From: Antedon mediterranea | Taxonomy: Eukaryota; Animalia; Echinodermata | NCBI RefSeq assembly: GCF_964355755.1 | Contig: NC_092676.1 | Location: forward strand, 7,913,888 to 7,977,887 | Reading direction: 5' to 3' | Length of the DNA: 64,000 bases | Translations under genes and position numbers: made by a program | Notes under the pieces: model-generated | Told to the model about the DNA's origin: nothing | Database searches by the model: none | What the model saw: only the letters and a program-made list of their open reading frames with translations | Shown: positions 27,757 to 39,231 of the stretch, in pieces | Layout: each line of letters starts with the position of its first letter | Position numbering within the stretch: the first letter of the stretch is position 1

Positions 27757-29363
27757 TTGGTTATCCGCAACGAAGTTGCAGGATAACCTCTTGTGATTGT
27801 ACGAAATCATCATCATCATCATCATCATCAACTTTTTATTCTTCTTCTTTCTTTCTGTATGATTTTTGTGTAACGCTTTTCTCTAAAACTCGCAAACATA
27901 ACATTTTGTTAACTATGTTAACATTTTGACATTTATGTAACGTCGTCAAGCGAAGCTTTTCATGATGTTTACAATTGCGCAACGTGACGTACGCGCGATT
28001 TAACGATTTTATCGTATTTAACATATGTCGAAAACCAAATAACATTTTAAAGTAAAACTATTCAAAAGTTTAATTTATATCATGCGCTAAATTTCTGTTG
28101 AAAAAAAATTGCGTGTTTTACACAAAGTTACGCGCGCACGCACATTTAAAATTTCAAAATGCGCAAAATTAATTTATAATCAACTTTCTACGCGTTTCAT
28201 GTCGTTTTAAGCATGTCAAAAATTCCCACGCGTGCGCACATTTCTACGTGTGCGATGCGCACGTAGCATTGAAAACGTATTTTTTTCGCGTGATTTATGT
28301 TTTTCCAGCCTTTTCTAGTAATTTTACCAAATTTTAAACAATTTCGACTTAAAGATACGTCATACGAGCACGTCGAATTGGACAATTTGCGCGCGTTTTT
28401 TATAAAAAGGTTAAAAAATTCGTTTAAAATATTCCTTTTTTTAAAAAGTCGTAATTTCTAAACTAGACGGTCAAATTTTTGTGGATGACATATTCTGGAA
28501 GTAGATGAGTTGTAGATATCGGATCAGGTATTAATATGGCTAACCGGACATTGTGACGTCATCGTATGGCCACGCGAATATAAAATTTAGTATTTTTATA
28601 TCTTTCGTCATAGCTCATCACATTGAATAGAGCGCATCTCCACTTATCCGTTTTCCATTTTCACCCCGATTTTGATATTGTCTAGGTCAATCAACTATCT
28701 TTCGCATGAGTTAAAAATATTTTAATTTTTTTGACGTCATCATGCCTAAAAATTTAAATCACGTGTGGCATCAATTTCATCTTTACAGTAAATTTTAATC
28801 TGTTATAGCTCGTAAGAATAAAATGTGATAATCACGATTAAAACTTTTTCTGGAAGCTATTGGATTGCAGATATGAAATTATGTAAAAATGTTGCCAATC
28901 GGATGTTGTGACATCATCATATGGCCAGTTAAATAAAAAAGGTCGTATTTTCATCTTTTGCGTCATAATTCATTACATTTAAAAGAGCGCGCATCAATAT
29001 TTAACGTATTCAAATTTCTTCTACACGCTAATACGTTGTTGCTGAGATAATTTCCTTTCGGAATTGCTAACTTCGCGTTTCATTTTAAAACCGTCAACAT
29101 GTTAAAAATTGCAATAAATAGCGGGTCCCGTAATTTCACCTATTCTACACTGTATGTGATATGGATACAGATTATACTGTGTATACTATATATGAATTTA
29201 AATAATAAAATTCAGCAATAACAACAGATCATATTCTTCAGTTCAGGTCATAATGCCAACGTGAACACTTCCTTTTGTCCTCAACCTATCCCCTTAATGT
29301 TAATGTTGCACCACTTGCGCGGCGGATAACCAAACTCGTCAAAGTGACGAGTTACATGTCTAG
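27757..29363 (+). mobile_element. Complete non-autonomous Helentron (HINE/DINE-1-like) element
   Basis: 12-bp subterminal IRs ttggttatccgc (27757-27768) / gcggataaccaa (29322-29333); 5' hairpin ggttatcc-gcaac-gaa-gttgc-a-ggataacc; (CAT)n microsatellite; 3' stem-loop actcgtca-aag-tgacgagt (29334-29352); ends ctag|tt; no TSD. Confidence 0.8.
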
Positions 29364-30977
29364 TTATGGTTACAACTTGTAAAATGGATGATCAATTTAC
29401 AAGATAAAGTTAGTAAATATGGTAGTGAAATATATGAAGAAATCTTGAATTTAATTTTAAAACAATCCAATTTGTTGTCCAAGATAATAATCCACCAAAT
29501 CACATTTTTTCCCTGATTATCTAACACTGTTATGTTCAAACTACTAATTCAAGCAAAAAACTAAATTAAAAGAAAACAAATTTATAAGTGATATACTATC
29601 TATGAAGGCTGGACCATGCAACCTATACAAAGCATCCTAGAGGACTCAGAATCATGTCATTGTTGATAAAAATTATATAAATATCTACCAAACAAAATAA
29701 TGTGTTCACTTTCAAATGTATAAAAATGAATTGTAAATATGCCCCAAAATTAAACCTCGCATGAAATGAGCTAAATGGATGAAAGTGCTAGTAAAAAGGT
29801 TACTTTTTGAGTGGTACTTTACCCAACAAACTCAAGATTACACAACATATTAAAATCTTATACTTAATGACTTGTGTTAAGATTTGAACCAAACCAATGT
29901 GTATAATATGCAAAATTCTACCACAGTATTAATCTATGATTAGCTTACTAAAATGATAAATACTAAATCTCAAATATCTCTAATCTGTAAGTGAAAAAAT
30001 AAACTAATGCAAATAAACTATGCAATACTTTGATGTTATGTACGGCCAAAAGGTTAAAGGTTAAAGGACTAATACATGCATACCATGCAAAAATTAAGTA
30101 GAGTTCTGAGGGCGGGCTTTTTATCACATGATCATTGTTTAGTGTTATGTATGACATGAACATGTTAGTATGTACTGAATGTATGGAATGTTCAATGTGG
30201 CATCAGCACTGAAATAACAGGAGTGGATGGACACAGCTTTGGAGAACAACATCACTTGGCTCGGATGGAAATTAAGAGAAAACTATATGAAAGAAAAAAG
30301 AGAAACCTACAAAATGAAGTATAAAAACAAATAAATAAGTAAAAATAAAGAAAAATCTATTTAAAAATAAACTAATGACAATGCAAACATAAAAAAAATT
30401 ATATTTAACGACGACAGTTACGTTAATCTATTGATGTTCTTGGTAACATATAAGTAAAATGTAAATACAATTAGGTGCAAAACTAGAACTACAGGTATCA
30501 CAGACGAACACTGTTTCTTGATTTCTCTTAATTTGACACTTATTGAGCAGGATTCATTATAATTATTAGAATTAATTATAATTAAAAGAACTAAATTTTT
30601 TTAAAAATAATAAAGGGAAAGAATTGGAATTTTAAAACATTAAAAAAATAAAAAATTTGGTACATTGAGAAAGTTTAGTTTGACAGTAAAATTGGTCAAA
30701 TTCGGTTTTTGATTAATAAAAGTGAAAGCGTGATGCACGAAATGGCAAATTCACTCACAAAACTGCAACGTGTTCTAAATGTACAATGCAACGACAGAAG
30801 AATGAAACGTCACTAAAAACAATGTGAACAAACTAATACAGACACACAGGGATAGATTAAAAATAAAGAAAAAGAACTGAAAATCTACTATAACCAGTTG
30901 ATCAAGCAAAAGAAGTAAAATAAAAAAGGGCAGTGTTGAGGCTACATGGAAGTACCTGATGCGTATGGCAATGGCGT

Positions 30978-33900
30978 TCACAATTCAGTGCTGACCGACA
31001 CTTCTTCCTCATTGTCATCAGCCTGTGCTGATCGGCCATTCAAGCCATCATCGTCGACCTCCATGACTGCATCTAAGCCCTTGGCAGGGAAATGATCCTG
31101 ATCGGCTCCAATGTGTTTGGCAGGATGTTGTTGAAATGTATTTGGTAAATCATTGACATGTGTTAAATCATCATTTTTATGATATTCTACAGGATTAGCA
31201 GTGTAGCTGCCCTCAGAAGATGAGGTGGAGTTAGTTGAGGGAGATGAAGTTAGTTGCCGCCCACCCATACCATTCTCCCCTCGGTCTACATGCTCTTCTA
31301 CCTCTTTGACACTATCTACATCATCCTCATCCTCATCACTATAATTCCCATTGTGGTCTTCTCCAGAGAGGAATTGGTTTTTTACAAGGATTTCTGAAGG
31401 TGTTTGCCCCAAAACCTTTACATCCTCTGAACCACCATCAACCTTTTCAACACCTTCACGGTCAGACGAACTCTCATCATCATACGACAACTGTTCTTCC
31501 TCATCAGGGGTTTCCTCATCTTCAAACTGGGGCCTAACATCAGCAAGACTACTATCAGTATCCAATAAATCTCCACTACTACTAGGCTCACCACTCTCAC
31601 ATCCCTCACCTTCTACCTCTTCACCTACATCCACTTCAGGAGTCTCTTCTACATCACCAACAACTCTATCACTTTCTTGATCAACAATGTCTTCAGACTG
31701 GACACTGATATCAACTATTGGACTACCCCTGGTTGCATTTAGACTTGATACTTCAGGGAAGGAATCAGCAGCTTCTTCCGTCTCTGAAGCACTACTATTA
31801 AAATCCAACTTTTCATCATCATCAACTCTAGGGCTACGAGATGCAATGTCAGGACTACTACTCTGAGCACGCTCCTCATCTGCAAGATATCCTAAGCTAG
31901 CATCAGCCTGGAAAGTATGACCCTGACCATCTTTATTAAATTTCATTCTATGCTCATTTTCACTATCAGAACTACTAGATGAATCATCTTTTAGTTTTTC
32001 AGAACTTTGGTCAAACAATCTATCACGGTAATCTAAATTTCCCTGATCTCCCTCAAAAAAGGCAGATTTCTGAACATTAGGGGACTCAATTTGACTATCA
32101 TCTGAACTAGAATGTGAATCAACATCATCTTCAGCAACACCTTCTGCAATATTAGATTCAACAGGTTTAGTATCATCTTCATTATTATCATCATCATCAT
32201 CATCATATTGTTCAAGAGCATCTACTCTGGGACTAAGTTCTTTAGATTCCTCCTCAGGAATTTCTGCCTCATTAGATTCAAAGTTTTCTATAGCTGCATC
32301 ATCTAAATTTGAAACTACTTGTTCAGGTTCGACCTGATCTATTGTTTGATCAGAGATTTCACTTTCTAATTTATCATCATTCTCATCAATGGCAACTTTC
32401 TCTTGACCAACTACATCTTCCTCCTTAACCTCTTGTTCCTCCTTCTCGTCTTCAATTTCATCCTCTTCTTCTATTTCATCTCCAACTTTCTTCTCTTCTT
32501 CATCATCCTCTTCCAGCACTTCTTTCTCCTGAGCAACTTGGTCCTCATATGTAGCAGCTTCCAAGCCACTATCACCCATGCCCTCATCCTCACTATCACC
32601 AGTACGTTGTACCGCAACTGGTTCATCTTCTTTACCTACTTCATCATCAGAACTATTTTGATGGACATATTCTACTTCATCTAAGGTAATTTCTGGAATA
32701 GTGCCAACATCTTTAGGTGCCTCAACAACCTCTTCATCATCATGATCACTCTGTTCTATTTCATCCTCTGGAATATTTTCACTATGATCACTTATGGGAA
32801 GTAATTGGTTACTATCTTCTGGGATTTCCTCGCCTTTGAAAGACCCATCATCAGAATTCTCATCACCTTTTTCTAAAGATTTTTCATCAATGACAACAAA
32901 CCTTTCAGATGAGTTAGATTGCAATAACTCATTCTCTTCCTCCTCCTCTTCTTCATCATCTTCATCTCCTATATTTTCATGTGCAGTTTCTTTCACTTCA
33001 TCCTTAATATCTTCATCCTCTTCTGGAGATTCTTCATTGATGTCTTGCAAACCTTGTGGATCATATGTCATTTCAACTCTATCCTCATCATCATTCGGGT
33101 TAGACCAAGTATCAAAATCAGAACCTGTTGGGTCAAGATCACATGGGTGTCTGATGTCGGCATCACCAGCTGAAGGGTTTAACTCTACTGGGGAGATATC
33201 AATCTCACCAGTTGAGGTGTCAACATCTCCTGCTTGTGCAGCAGTGGAATCATCATCTTCAGTAGCATCACTTTCTTGACGACAAACTGCAAGATTGAAA
33301 GCTTTCTTCACATCATATTGATGTAAATCCTGTACTACATCATCTTCATCAACACTGCTACCTTCATACTTACCACCTAGGCCATTATCTACATCGGTAC
33401 CTAAAGGATCAAACTCAACATCACTTTCAGGTTTTGGTATAGAGAACACAGCACCATCTGCACTATCTTTCTCACCAAGCAGATCTACAGCCTCTTTATT
33501 AGCAGATAACTCACTCTCAACACCAACGGCCTCAAAAACTGGGATCTCGCCATTTTCAGGGGTGTCATCAGCAGCAACAATCTCAGCAAACCTTACCGGT
33601 TGTTGAACCTCACCTACTAATGCTTCCTCCTGGTCTTCCCACTCACAACTATCATCCCTAACTTTTAATGTCTCAATGTCTTTATTCTCTACCAACAAAG
33701 CATCTTTTTCTTTCTCACCAACTTCCTCTGTCACAGCTTTCTCAAAGAACAGATCATCAGATCCCTGATCACTTTGTACCTCTTCCTCTTCTTTTCCATC
33801 TTCTTTCTTATCCCTTCCTTCATCCTCTTGGTCACCCACTGCTTCACTGTCTTTCTGATCATCTTCTTCACTCTCTTTCTCCTCTGTCTCCTCATCCTCT

Positions 33901-34187
33901 TTCAACTCTTCACTTTCATACTCTTTCACACCTTCAGAAGATTCCTCAAGGTAACCCCCCTCTGGTGCCACTTCTTCCCCTTCCCCAGAAGTGGTGTCAT
34001 CCTCTACCATCACCCTCTCGTCCATCTCACCTGACAGAGCTTCATGACTGGCTACCGCTGATCCATTCTCAATATAATTTCTATATTTATCATTATCATT
34101 GTTTAAATATATATTTCCTTCTATTCCATTCTCGTTTTCTGCTTGTGTATCGATATCTTTATCTTCATCTCTATTGTCACGTTCATC
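30978..34187 (-). CDS. MAP7-family gene: giant D/E-rich exon (~1070 codons) with internal alternative donor at 34031
   Basis: Acceptor ttctttcag at 34188-34189 is in frame with the 1015-aa acidic ORF 30978-34025; stop-free over 3.2 kb in AT-rich DNA; phase 0 join to exon 34339-34395. Confidence 0.85.
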   Translation of the reverse strand, partial: DERDNRDEDKDIDTQAENENGIEGNIYLNNDNDKYRNYIENGSAVASHEALSGEMDERVMVEDDTTSGEGEEVAPEGGYLEESSEGVKEYESEELKEDEETEEKESEEDDQKDSEAVGDQEDEGRDKKEDGKEEEEVQSDQGSDDLFFEKAVTEEVGEKEKDALLVENKDIETLKVRDDSCEWEDQEEALVGEVQQPVRFAEIVAADDTPENGEIPVFEAVGVESELSANKEAVDLLGEKDSADGAVFSIPKPESDVEFDPLGTDVDNGLGGKYEGSSVDEDDVVQDLHQYDVKKAFNLAVCRQESDATEDDDSTAAQAGDVDTSTGEIDISPVELNPSAGDADIRHPCDLDPTGSDFDTWSNPNDDEDRVEMTYDPQGLQDINEESPEEDEDIKDEVKETAHENIGDEDDEEEEEEENELLQSNSSERFVVIDEKSLEKGDENSDDGSFKGEEIPEDSNQLLPISDHSENIPEDEIEQSDHDDEEVVEAPKDVGTIPEITLDEVEYVHQNSSDDEVGKEDEPVAVQRTGDSEDEGMGDSGLEAATYEDQVAQEKEVLEEDDEEEKKVGDEIEEEDEIEDEKEEQEVKEEDVVGQEKVAIDENDDKLESEISDQTIDQVEPEQVVSNLDDAAIENFESNEAEIPEEESKELSPRVDALEQYDDDDDDNNEDDTKPVESNIAEGVAEDDVDSHSSSDDSQIESPNVQKSAFFEGDQGNLDYRDRLFDQSSEKLKDDSSSSSDSENEHRMKFNKDGQGHTFQADASLGYLADEERAQSSSPDIASRSPRVDDDEKLDFNSSASETEEAADSFPEVSSLNATRGSPIVDISVQSEDIVDQESDRVVGDVEETPEVDVGEEVEGEGCESGEPSSSGDLLDTDSSLADVRPQFEDEETPDEEEQLSYDDESSSDREGVEKVDGGSEDVKVLGQTPSEILVKNQFLSGEDHNGNYSDEDEDDVDSVKEVEEHVDRGENGMGGRQLTSSPSTNSTSSSEGSYTANPVEYHKNDDLTHVNDLPNTFQQHPAKHIGADQDHFPAKGLDAVMEVDDDGLNGRSAQADDNEEEVSVSTEL

Positions 34188-34338
34188 CTGAAAGAATGAA
34201 TGAATGATGGTTAATACTACATCTTATCTTCTTCCAGCTAATCTAAAAATTCTACCAAATTTAATTTCATGGAACACTAACAACAACAAAACAAAAAGAT
34301 AACGAGAAGATACGCAACATGTCCATATAAACACTTAC

Positions 34339-34395
34339 ATCATTTTTTGCTACTGGCGTGGTTCTTCTTGCTCTTTTCATAATTTCATCTACACG
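34339..34395 (-). CDS. MAP7: MAP7-family exon (end of MAP7 domain)
   Basis: cag|RVDEIMKRARRTTPVAKND|gtaagt; with the preceding RKK it matches the MAP7 motif RKKRLEEIMKRTR. Confidence 0.85.
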
Positions 34396-34564
34396 CTGTA
34401 ATAAAAGAAAAAAAATGTTTTACAAAATGCTGAAAATGTTAAAACCATGGTGCTATAATTAAGCATTGATATCTCGCTGATGGTGCCAAAGACATATGCT
34501 TACTACATGCACAGCACTAAACAACCAAAATAATTTTTTTTTTAAAGTAAATAAATGATGGTAC

Positions 34565-34669
34565 CTTCTTCCTTGCATCTCGTGCTTCTTCTTCCTTCTT
34601 TAATTTTTCTGTTAATTCTTCTTCCCTTCTTTTCTTTTCTTCTGCCTTGACTCGTTCTTCCTCTTCCTT
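34565..34669 (-). CDS. MAP7: MAP7-family exon (E/K/R-rich helix)
   Basis: tag|KEEEERVKAEEKKRREEELTEKLKKEEEARDARKK|gtacc; 105 nt, phase 0/0. Confidence 0.85.
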
Positions 34670-34879
34670 CTAAAAATATAAAAATTAAATAATGTCAAAA
34701 AAATTAAATTACAGTGACCAAAGATTTCCAACACTAATGAGAAGGTACATCAATGTACATATCCACACTGCGATAAGTTTGCATTATGGGATTATGTTTC
34801 CATTCGTATTTGATCAAAATAATAACCGGGGTAAATAATAACAATTTTATTATGTTAAATTGCAAGATATAAACTTTAC

Positions 34880-35060
34880 TCTTTTCTCATCTTCTTCTTG
34901 CTGTAATTTTTCTTCTTCTTCCCTTTTTTCCTGTTCTTCTATTGCCTTTTGTAACCGTTCCTCCTCTGCCTTTCTGTATTCCACTGCTATTCTTTGTTGC
35001 TCCTCTTCTTCTCTTATTCTTTCCTCTTCCTCTCTCTTTAGTCGTTCTTCCTCGTCTTTT
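34880..35060 (-). CDS. MAP7: MAP7-family exon (E/K/R-rich helix)
   Basis: KDEEERLKREEEERIREEEQQR...RLQKAIEEQEKREEEE..; AG/GT boundaries, phase 2/0. Confidence 0.85.
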
Positions 35061-35292
35061 CTAAGAGGTTTAAATATTAACGTGTGAATAACTACAAATT
35101 GAATTCAATGAAATACAATATACAGTAAATCCCTTCCTTTGGGACAACCCTATTCAGGGGACACCCCACACTATCCTTTTTTTTTTGGATCCCAAAAGTG
35201 CTGAATCTTAATTAATAATAGACTTATCTACAAACAGAATTTCCGACACATTTTGCCAACAACGATAATAATAAAATGCACAAAAGACTTAC

Positions 35293-35437
35293 TTTTCTTG
35301 TTCTATACGTTGTCTTTCTAGTTCTGCCTCCCTTTCAGCTTTCTCTCTCATTTGCCGCCTCTTCTCTGCCAAAGCCTGTTTTGCCCTTTCCTCAGCTGTT
35401 AATTCAGGTGGTGGGCTACTTGTTTCAGAAACAGGAC
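35293..35437 (-). CDS. MAP7: MAP7-family exon (start of MAP7 domain)
   Basis: ELTAEERAKQALAEKRRQMREKAEREAELERQR matches the MAP7 motif EEA...LAEKRR.AREQ.E.E; phase 1/2. Confidence 0.88.
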
Positions 35438-35636
35438 CTACAAAATAGTTGTACAACCGTTGTTAAATATTATACAACACACAATAAATACAAGAGGTAC
35501 TCACTTCTGTTTTGAGCCTTCCTCTTGGGCTATTTGCAAAATTGTTAATAAATAAATACAGTGTCATGTTGAGCTGTGGGACAGGGATTATACCATTTTT
35601 TGCCAATACTTTGGGATATATTTGTCATCTACCTAC

Positions 35637-36071
35637 TTTTTCTATCCTGTTCTACAGGTTGTGGAGCGTCAAATTTAGGAAGTGCCTCCTCTTTTGGTGT
35701 TGTTGCTTTTGGAGGCTCTTTGTTTTCTTGAACTTTAGGTGCAGTAGCTGCGGCTTTGGGTGCTGTCGCTGCTTTGGGGGGAGCTGTTGCTGTTTTGGGT
35801 GGTGCTGTGGTTTTGGGCGTTGTTGCAGTTTTGGGCGTTGTTGCCGTTTTGGGTGTAGCTGCTGGTTTAGGCGTTGATTTGTTGGCGGCTGGTGTTTTTG
35901 CAGTCGACGTCCTTAGGCTTGTTGGGGTTTTAGCGCCCGATGTTCGAGTAGTTGGTGTTTTACTGGATACTGGAGTTTTATTAGTACTTGGAGTTCTAGG
36001 GGTTCGTGTTGGAGATGATTTTGCTGGTGTCAATGCCTTTTTAATTGGAGGAGGCTGACTTGATTTGGATA
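35637..36071 (-). CDS. MAP7: MAP7-family exon (P/T/K-rich region with 18-bp TPKTAT repeats)
   Basis: Lies within ORF 35629-36096; tacag| ... |gtaggt; phase 1/1. Confidence 0.82.
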
Positions 36072-36505
36072 CTGTAAAATACAGGAAATAATACACTAAT
36101 AATACAATAAATACATAACATTAACAGGATCTAGTTGTTTAACAACTGTAATTTCTTTGTTTCAGTGTGAACTAATAGGCCTGATTAGCACTCTGCAAGT
36201 TTATTGCATTGTAATGACCAATTATCTTTGCTACATTATATTGACTCAACTTAGTACTTGATTAGCATTACTAGTTGTATCATAAAGTCATTCTCAAACT
36301 TTTTTGGAAACACATAGTATACACAGCAAAGCTAACTTTACTAAAGCTCTATCTAAACTATCAAACTAGTGTGATGTGACAAAATATGGTTGTGATGACA
36401 TCATCATGTCCATACATTTTGATAGTGTATATTTAGATGGTTACAGTAACAACATAGGCAAAGGCAATATCTGGAAAGTAAATATAAATACTGATGTGAA
36501 CTGAC

Positions 36506-36683
36506 CTGGTGTTTTACTATTTTTATCAGCTGGACTCTTGCTGTCTACCGTTGTTGCGTTCTTCTTCAATCTTAGCGATGGTTGTCTAACATGCATACTG
36601 GAATTATTAGAACTAGTTGGTGTACCCGCTGAGGGTTTAGGAGAGGGTGCTCGAATACCTTTAGGTGAAGCCGGTCTTTGAGT
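36506..36683 (-). CDS. MAP7: MAP7-family exon (S/P-rich)
   Basis: cag|TQRPASPKGIRAPSPKPS...SKTP|gtcagt; phase 0/1. Confidence 0.8.
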
Positions 36684-36889
36684 CTGTAAGGAAAAATTGT
36701 ATTAATTTATAATGGCACAAGAAAAAAAATTGGTGGATTTATTCCGAGTAGACTTGTTTAACACAAAGTAGATTTTGTTATAGTTACTTTAAATACAGTA
36801 TATGGCCATACTGCATTGAAACACCGGATGGCCTGGTTGTGTTCTGAATGTATACACTGAGAGTGATGGTAATGATAATATCGAACTAG

Positions 36890-37070
36890 CATGATAGGCA
36901 TGGGTTCAAGCCTATCTGTGCCATACTTAGGCAAAATGCTTTACTATAATTGCCTCGTCCTTCGGATGGGATGTAAAGCCATTGGTCTTGTGTACATATA
37001 GTGTATGTTAAAGAACTTGGTACGCTATTTAAAATGGGTAGGAGGCCGTCTCCCTGTGAGCTGATATGGT
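36890..37070 (+). mobile_element. SINE remnant with Deu-like central domain (related pieces at ~44600-44780 and, on the minus strand, ~60148-60280)
   Basis: gggttcaagcc B-box, then ccttcggatgggatgtaaagcc...gttaaagaac, resembling the DeuSINE core. Confidence 0.5.
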
Positions 37071-37189
37071 AGGGGCTGCACTGCTGGCTGCTGTGGGTTC
37101 GTGGAGAGTCTAAACCAAATTTCCTCAGTTTCCAGTTAAGCTTGAGGACCAGAATGAATACCGTTACCTTTAAGAGTTCTTATATTTAC

Positions 37190-37335
37190 CTTGTTAGCTG
37201 TTGCTTCAGGTGGTGAAGCTTTAGCTGCTGACTGTGCCGGAGAAGGCGTCTTTCTTTCTGTACTGCGCCCACGACTACCGCTTGGAGTCCTTCGTATAGG
37301 TGTGCCTGGTGATGACTTATTCTGGGAAGTTGCAG
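37190..37335 (-). CDS. MAP7: MAP7-family exon (S/P/R-rich)
   Basis: atag|.ATSQNKSSPGTPIRRTPSGSRGRS...ANK|gtaaat; phase 1/0. Confidence 0.8.
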
Positions 37336-38272
37336 CTATAAAATGATACAAGACAGTTGTATATGTTAATTTTGAGAAGTAAATCAAAAAAGTAGCAAGA
37401 AAAGAAAAAATTATTTTAGATAATAAGAAGCAAAGAGAAGGAAAATGTAATAAGAAAAACAAAATTTAGCTTTCAGAATATTTTAAATATTCATGATTTC
37501 ACCTGCATGCCGACAAAACAATCCCAATGTATAAAAAAAGGTAAGCCATTACAAATGTTAGATTTTAAAATATTCTGTTTAAAATTATCAGATTATTATT
37601 AGAAATAATAGTAAAATTTATGATTTGAAAGCAAATAAAATTCATTCATTATGCAAAGTAATAATCATTTTGCTGTATATATTTTTTCAACCAATTATTA
37701 TTATTAAAAAGTATTTCGAGGCATTCCTAAATTATTATTTTAAAATAGATTTATGTGTATATGAATTTACAATATAGTTGGTTACCTTTTAGAGACTTTA
37801 ACTTTTGCCGATCATTAAAATTAAATTTATGTTAGAACTTTACCCTATTAAAGTTGGGTTTTAAAATAAATAAATATATGGTCCCAAATTGTAAGAAAAA
37901 GCATAATAATTTATACTCAGTAATATATATTTAGGTTTCTAAAGAAATTTATATAAAAAGAAACAACAGATATAGCTTAAATATAATTATTGTATATGAA
38001 TACATATATGTTTGTCTTTTGTCTTTTACAACGACAATATACATATAACTATGATGAAAAACTACAAGATAAGAATGACATACTACAAGATAGAATGACA
38101 AAACTGTAAAAACTATCAAGAAAAATCTACACAAAACCCATCCAATAAAGAACCATAATACAGCAAGTACAACACACAGCACTGTGATAACAATCTCGTA
38201 AACATAGACAAAAAAACCAAGACAATACGGTCATGTGATCGGGGAATGATGATGGTAATGAGATAGACTCAC

Positions 38273-38296
38273 CACGATATCGCCTCCTAGTGGCAT
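38273..38296 (-). CDS. Candidate 24-nt symmetric microexon of the MAP7-family gene
   Basis: caattttag|AT GCC ACT AGG AGG CGA TAT CGT G|gtgagt; phase 1/1. Confidence 0.6.
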
Positions 38297-39072
38297 CTAA
38301 AATTGATCAAAACAAATAATTAAAGTTAATTTAAAATTAAAAATTTGAAATAATATTTTAATAATAATATTGTATTGAATGTGGATATAGAATGATGTAG
38401 GAATGGGATTGATATACGAGTTATTGCGTTTTGAAAATTGAATGATAAAAATGTTTTAATGGGACCTTTATATTTGTACTACTACTACATAGCATCAAAG
38501 CAACGTAATAAACAAACACCTTTGTACACTAACAAACTAATTTGCATTGTGATAGCTATTACAACCAACAGCAAATTCATGAATTTTGGGTATTTACGGA
38601 AGCTATCACAATGCTACTTAGTTTGTAAGTCGGCATGTTTGTTACGCTCTGTTGCTTCCTAGTATGTAGTGTTGTGGAAAGCTGATGAGTTACTAAACTA
38701 TGTTTAATGTGATGGCAATATTTAAATGAGGCAGATTATGTAGGCCTGAATTAGATAATTAAACAATTAATTTGTGATCAACTGATTGGTAAATTTCACT
38801 TTGTTAACGTTGTTGTTAAGCAGGGAAATGTTATGTCGGTGGAAAGGAGGAGGGGGTTGTTAAAGTCAATTTATGATACAGTTGCTAAATCTGTAATCTG
38901 TATTTAATGTTAAAAAACTAATATAACAGTTCTTCACACATCAAAGCATGCAAACCAGTTTGTATTGGGTTAGAGAATTAGCAACTGACCACAATTTGAA
39001 AAGAAAATATTACTGAAATTAAATCTGGTTTTCAAGAAAAGTAGGGCGCATTATTTTTGTTATTCTATTTCA

Positions 39073-39231
39073 AGCTTAGTTTCCACTTAGACGCAACACA
39101 AGAACACAAGTCCAACGCAAGTGAGTTGACCAATGACAAGCGATAGTTTGGATGATCCATAGCGTCGCGATTGGTCAATTTACTTGCAGCACACTTTCCA
39201 TCCTTCCATTGCGTCCAAGTGGTACCCAAGC
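39073..39231. mobile_element. Short PIF/Harbinger-type MITE
   Basis: Imperfect TIR gcttagtttccacttagacgcaa / ttgcgtccaagtggtacccaagc, plus an inner IR ttgaccaat..attggtcaa. Confidence 0.55.

Noticed and set aside
31351-34207. Plus-strand S/L/F-rich ORFs
   Set aside because: Antisense of the acidic MAP7-family exon.
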